Shown here: piece after piece, positions 20,123 to 20,691 of the stretch | Numbering within the stretch: the stretch's first letter is position 1 | How the letters are laid out: each line of letters begins with the position of its first letter | DNA from: Octopus sinensis | Taxonomy: Eukaryota | DNA length: 20,691 nt | Assembly: GCF_006345805.1 (NCBI RefSeq) | Contig: NW_021823866.1 | Coordinates: 1 to 20,691 of the forward strand | Reading direction: 5' to 3' | Notes under the pieces: model-generated | Seen by the model: only the letters and a program-made list of their open reading frames with translations | What the model was told of the DNA's origin: nothing | Database searches by the model: none | Translations under genes and position numbers: made by a program

Positions 20123-20353
20123 GGCGGCGAGCTGGCAGAAACGTTAGCACGACGGACGAAATGCTTAGCAGGTATTTCGTCTGCCGTTACGTTCTGAGTT
20201 CAAATTCCGCCGAGGTCGACTTTGCCTTTCATTCTTTCGGGATCGATAAATTAAGTACCAGTTGCGAACTGAGGTCGATATAATCGACTTAATCCGTTTG
20301 CCTGTCCTTGTTTGTCCCCTCTGTGTTTAGCCCCTTGTGGGTAGTAAAGAAAT
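20123..20353 (+). mobile_element. Full-length family A SINE
   Basis: Colinear with 462-691. Confidence 0.92.
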
Positions 20354-20399
20354 ATATATATAGAGAGAGAGGGGAGGAGATAGATAAATATACATACAT

Positions 20400-20405
20400 A
20401 CAGAC

Positions 20406-20480
<75 letters not shown>

Positions 20481-20558
20481 CTGAGATATATAGACACACA
20501 GACAGACAGTCGGACGAACAGATAGCTAGTCAAACACACACACATACACACTCACACA

Positions 20559-20610
<52 letters not shown>

Positions 20611-20632
20611 GTTACTGCTACTACTACTACTA
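20400..20632. repeat. (TAGA)n followed by (CTA)n microsatellites
   Basis: TAGA at about 20406-20480; CTA at about 20560-20632. Confidence 0.95.
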
Positions 20633-20691
20633 TTGCTGGAGCGCTTCGCAGACATTCCCTCAGTGATAATTGCGATAAATAAACGCCGGAG

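Noticed and set aside
1416-20551. Numerous ORFs such as MYVC/HTYI/CVCV/IYLS repeats (e.g. 11254-11901, 13626-14252, 19309-20028)
   Set aside because: Stop-free translations of microsatellites.

Overview
Repeat-dense, non-genic eukaryotic DNA. The SINE repertoire and the TA/TATG/TAGA/CA microsatellite load point to a coleoid cephalopod, probably Octopus (recalled from memory, not searched). No host gene is recognisable; nearly all listed ORFs are microsatellite artefacts, and the only real protein signal is a tandemly duplicated RTE-clade LINE C-terminus (16838-17539). Other elements: two tRNA-derived SINE families (two inverted pairs), a TIR MITE with an 8-bp TSD, internal CCCTAA repeats and a SINE inserted into its left TIR, a HINE/DINE-like duplicated element and a diverged 4-unit array. 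The most interesting signal is a set of mutually dissimilar hammerhead-ribozyme (HHR) motifs: canonical cores at 2684-2718(-), 5302-5362(+) and 18801-18892(-), and degenerate or partial ones at 2893-2905, 8179-8213 and 8513-8563. Several lie inside foldback inverted repeats next to microsatellites, suggesting non-autonomous Penelope-like/retrozyme elements. All structures were paired by eye; nothing was computed or searched.
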